A stretch of 60,520 nt of DNA from a virus (Duplodnaviria > Caudoviricetes): IMG/VR virus record IMGVR_UViG_3300001683_000034, positions 1 to 60,520 of that record, one strand, 5' to 3'. The translations under genes and the position numbers were made by a program. The notes beneath the pieces were generated by a model, which did no database searches, was not told the origin of the DNA, and saw only the letters and a program-made list of their open reading frames with translations. This document shows positions 59,394-60,520 of the stretch, one piece after another. Position 1 is the stretch's first letter, and each line of letters begins with the position of its first letter.

Positions 59394-59422
59394 ATCGTAG
59401 TACATCTCTGAGGGTATTGCAA
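59394..59422 (-). promoter_or_regulatory. Sigma70-like promoter upstream of nrdJ
   Basis: Minus strand TTGCAA - 17 nt - TACGAT, about 50 nt upstream of the nrdJ start. Confidence 0.5.
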
Positions 59423-59686
59423 ATGGGTAAAACGCTATTCAGGAGATGTTTTTTCTGTGAAAAATTTTAAGGAGTTTACCCCCCAGGGTTTATGTCTGAA
59501 AAATATTATTTAGGCATTCATATTGGGCCTTAAAAATATGAATTCGGCTCGCTGTATAGTTTTATTATATGAGCTTTAGGGTGTCTTGGCGATTCATGCC
59601 CACCCCCCCCGCTCATTCCTCGAAGCAATCCGCAGCATTGCATTGAGGATTTTTCTAATTCGCTGCATTGATTGAAAGGAGTTGCC

Positions 59687-60121
59687 ATGAACGTGTATCT
59701 GGCAACGATACTTGCATGTGTTGGGATGTTGAACTTAATAACCTCATACTTCTTTGGACAATCTGGCCTCACGTATGGTCTGGTGGACCAAGGGGTGCTT
59801 ATGCTTGGCGCGTACTTGGGGTGGGAGATCGACCCCTGGATTGCTAAGCACTTCAAGGCTGCTAGGCCTGGGTTGGGTGTCCTCGTGGGGGCGTTAGTAG
59901 GTAACACTGTGAGCGACTGCTTGGGTGCATTGTCTGACCCAAATGTACGATTGATGGTGCTGGGTATCACCAACGGATGCCTTATCCCATTGTTCTTCGT
60001 GCCTCTCATCGAAAAGATGAAGGCACGGAAGGAGGCGAGAGCGGAGAGAGTGAGGGGTACCTCGTCCATCACAGATGGAGAATCACTAGCGGCGGGCACC
60101 GATGACGAAGGCTACTGGTAG
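59687..60121 (+). CDS. Membrane protein, TMEM65/DUF2453-like
   Basis: ATG at 59687 after TTGAAAGGAG. About four hydrophobic segments. YGLVDQGVLMLG and ALVGNTVSDCLG resemble the TMEM65 motifs GFLDNAIMI and LGNLVSDLAG. Confidence 0.55.
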   Translation: MNVYLATILACVGMLNLITSYFFGQSGLTYGLVDQGVLMLGAYLGWEIDPWIAKHFKAARPGLGVLVGALVGNTVSDCLGALSDPNVRLMVLGITNGCLIPLFFVPLIEKMKARKEARAERVRGTSSITDGESLAAGTDDEGYW

Positions 60122-60130
60122 TCTCAATCA

Positions 60131-60167
60131 AGCCTAATGGGGCGGCATTACGCCATCCCCTTAGGCT
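60131..60167 (+). other. Intergenic stem-loop
   Basis: AGCCTAA-t-GGGG..GGC-attac-GCC..CCCC-TTAGGCT imperfect hairpin right after the stop codon. Confidence 0.55.
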
Positions 60168-60202
60168 CATAGCCTCTTAACCCTCCTTACCTGTACCCAT
60201 AG

Positions 60203-60256
60203 CCCGCCGTTTGCCATAGGGGCGTAAAAACCCTATATGAACAAGCGGCGGGTTTT
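60203..60256 (+). terminator. Long stem-loop with a T-tract
   Basis: CCCGCCGTTTG..ATAGGG-loop-CCCTAT..CAAGCGGCGGG followed by TTTT. Confidence 0.55.
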
Positions 60257-60340
60257 CGATTAGCAACTTGGGTCAAGCACTACGCCCATGTTGTTTACTA
60301 ATAGTAGTGTAATCTTTGATGCTCTTGAAAGGAGCCCATC

Positions 60341-60418
60341 ATGTTGATCTATTACGTACTGCAAGACGGAAGCGTCGTCTCCCAGCAGGAAATGGATGAG
60401 AACAACAAGAGGAGCTAA
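60341..60418 (+). CDS. Putative 25-aa micro-protein, absent from the ORF track
   Basis: MLIYYVLQDGSVVSQQEMDENNKRS*, preceded by TTGAAAGGAG, the same 10-mer at the same spacing as for the 59687 gene. Confidence 0.45.
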   Translation: MLIYYVLQDGSVVSQQEMDENNKRS

Positions 60419-60440
60419 GCCTCTTGTTACTGGTGACGTT

Positions 60441-60520
60441 CGTCGACTGGTTCGTTGACTTGCGGGTGCGTTGACTGGTGCGTTGACTTGTGGGTGCGTT
60501 GACTTCGACGTTCGTTGACT
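60441..60520. repeat. Non-coding array of CGT(T/C)GACT octamers, truncated at the window end
   Basis: Copies start at 60441, 60453, 60469, 60481, 60497 and 60513, with spacings 12,16,12,16,16. Confidence 0.85.

Noticed and set aside
59530-60099. 189-aa minus-strand ORF
   Set aside because: Antisense to the plus-strand membrane protein, which has a strong RBS and family motifs.
1-60520. Stop-codon reassignment (alternative genetic code)
   Set aside because: TAA, TAG and TGA all end genes that abut the next start, and coding density is near complete under the standard code.
59342-60520. tRNA or other named RNA genes in the intergenic regions
   Set aside because: No cloverleaf or T-loop (GTTCGA) context found by eye. 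The hairpins do not match an RNA family I can name.

Overview
This window is about 59 kb of a large tailed dsDNA phage genome (contractile-tailed, myovirus-like), read with the standard genetic code. Nearly all genes lie on the minus strand in one tightly packed, often translationally coupled cluster. In transcription order it runs: class II ribonucleotide reductase (nrdJ); a putative small terminase; a 1516-aa HAD + DEDDh + PD-(D/E)xK multi-enzyme protein; three Gly/Ala-rich unknowns; large terminase; portal; prohead protease/scaffold; a head protein; major capsid; an Ig-domain adaptor; a holin/spanin-like cassette; fibre/lectin proteins with 60-bp repeats; neck; sheath; three tube-like paralogues; two chaperones; a tape-measure-like protein; a 2088-aa protein; a 2508-aa hub-like protein; and baseplate genes. 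The standout is the 2088-aa protein in the tail module. By eye it carries, in order, diverged beta-like and beta'-like two-barrel RNA polymerase motifs, including a DLDKD catalytic-like loop, making it a candidate virion-delivered single-chain RNAP. Other points: two genes look split by frameshifts or deletions, two small ORFs are missing from the ORF track, and the last ~900 bp switch to the plus strand with hairpins and a CGTTGACT repeat array. All product calls rest on visual motif recognition and gene order, with no database searches.
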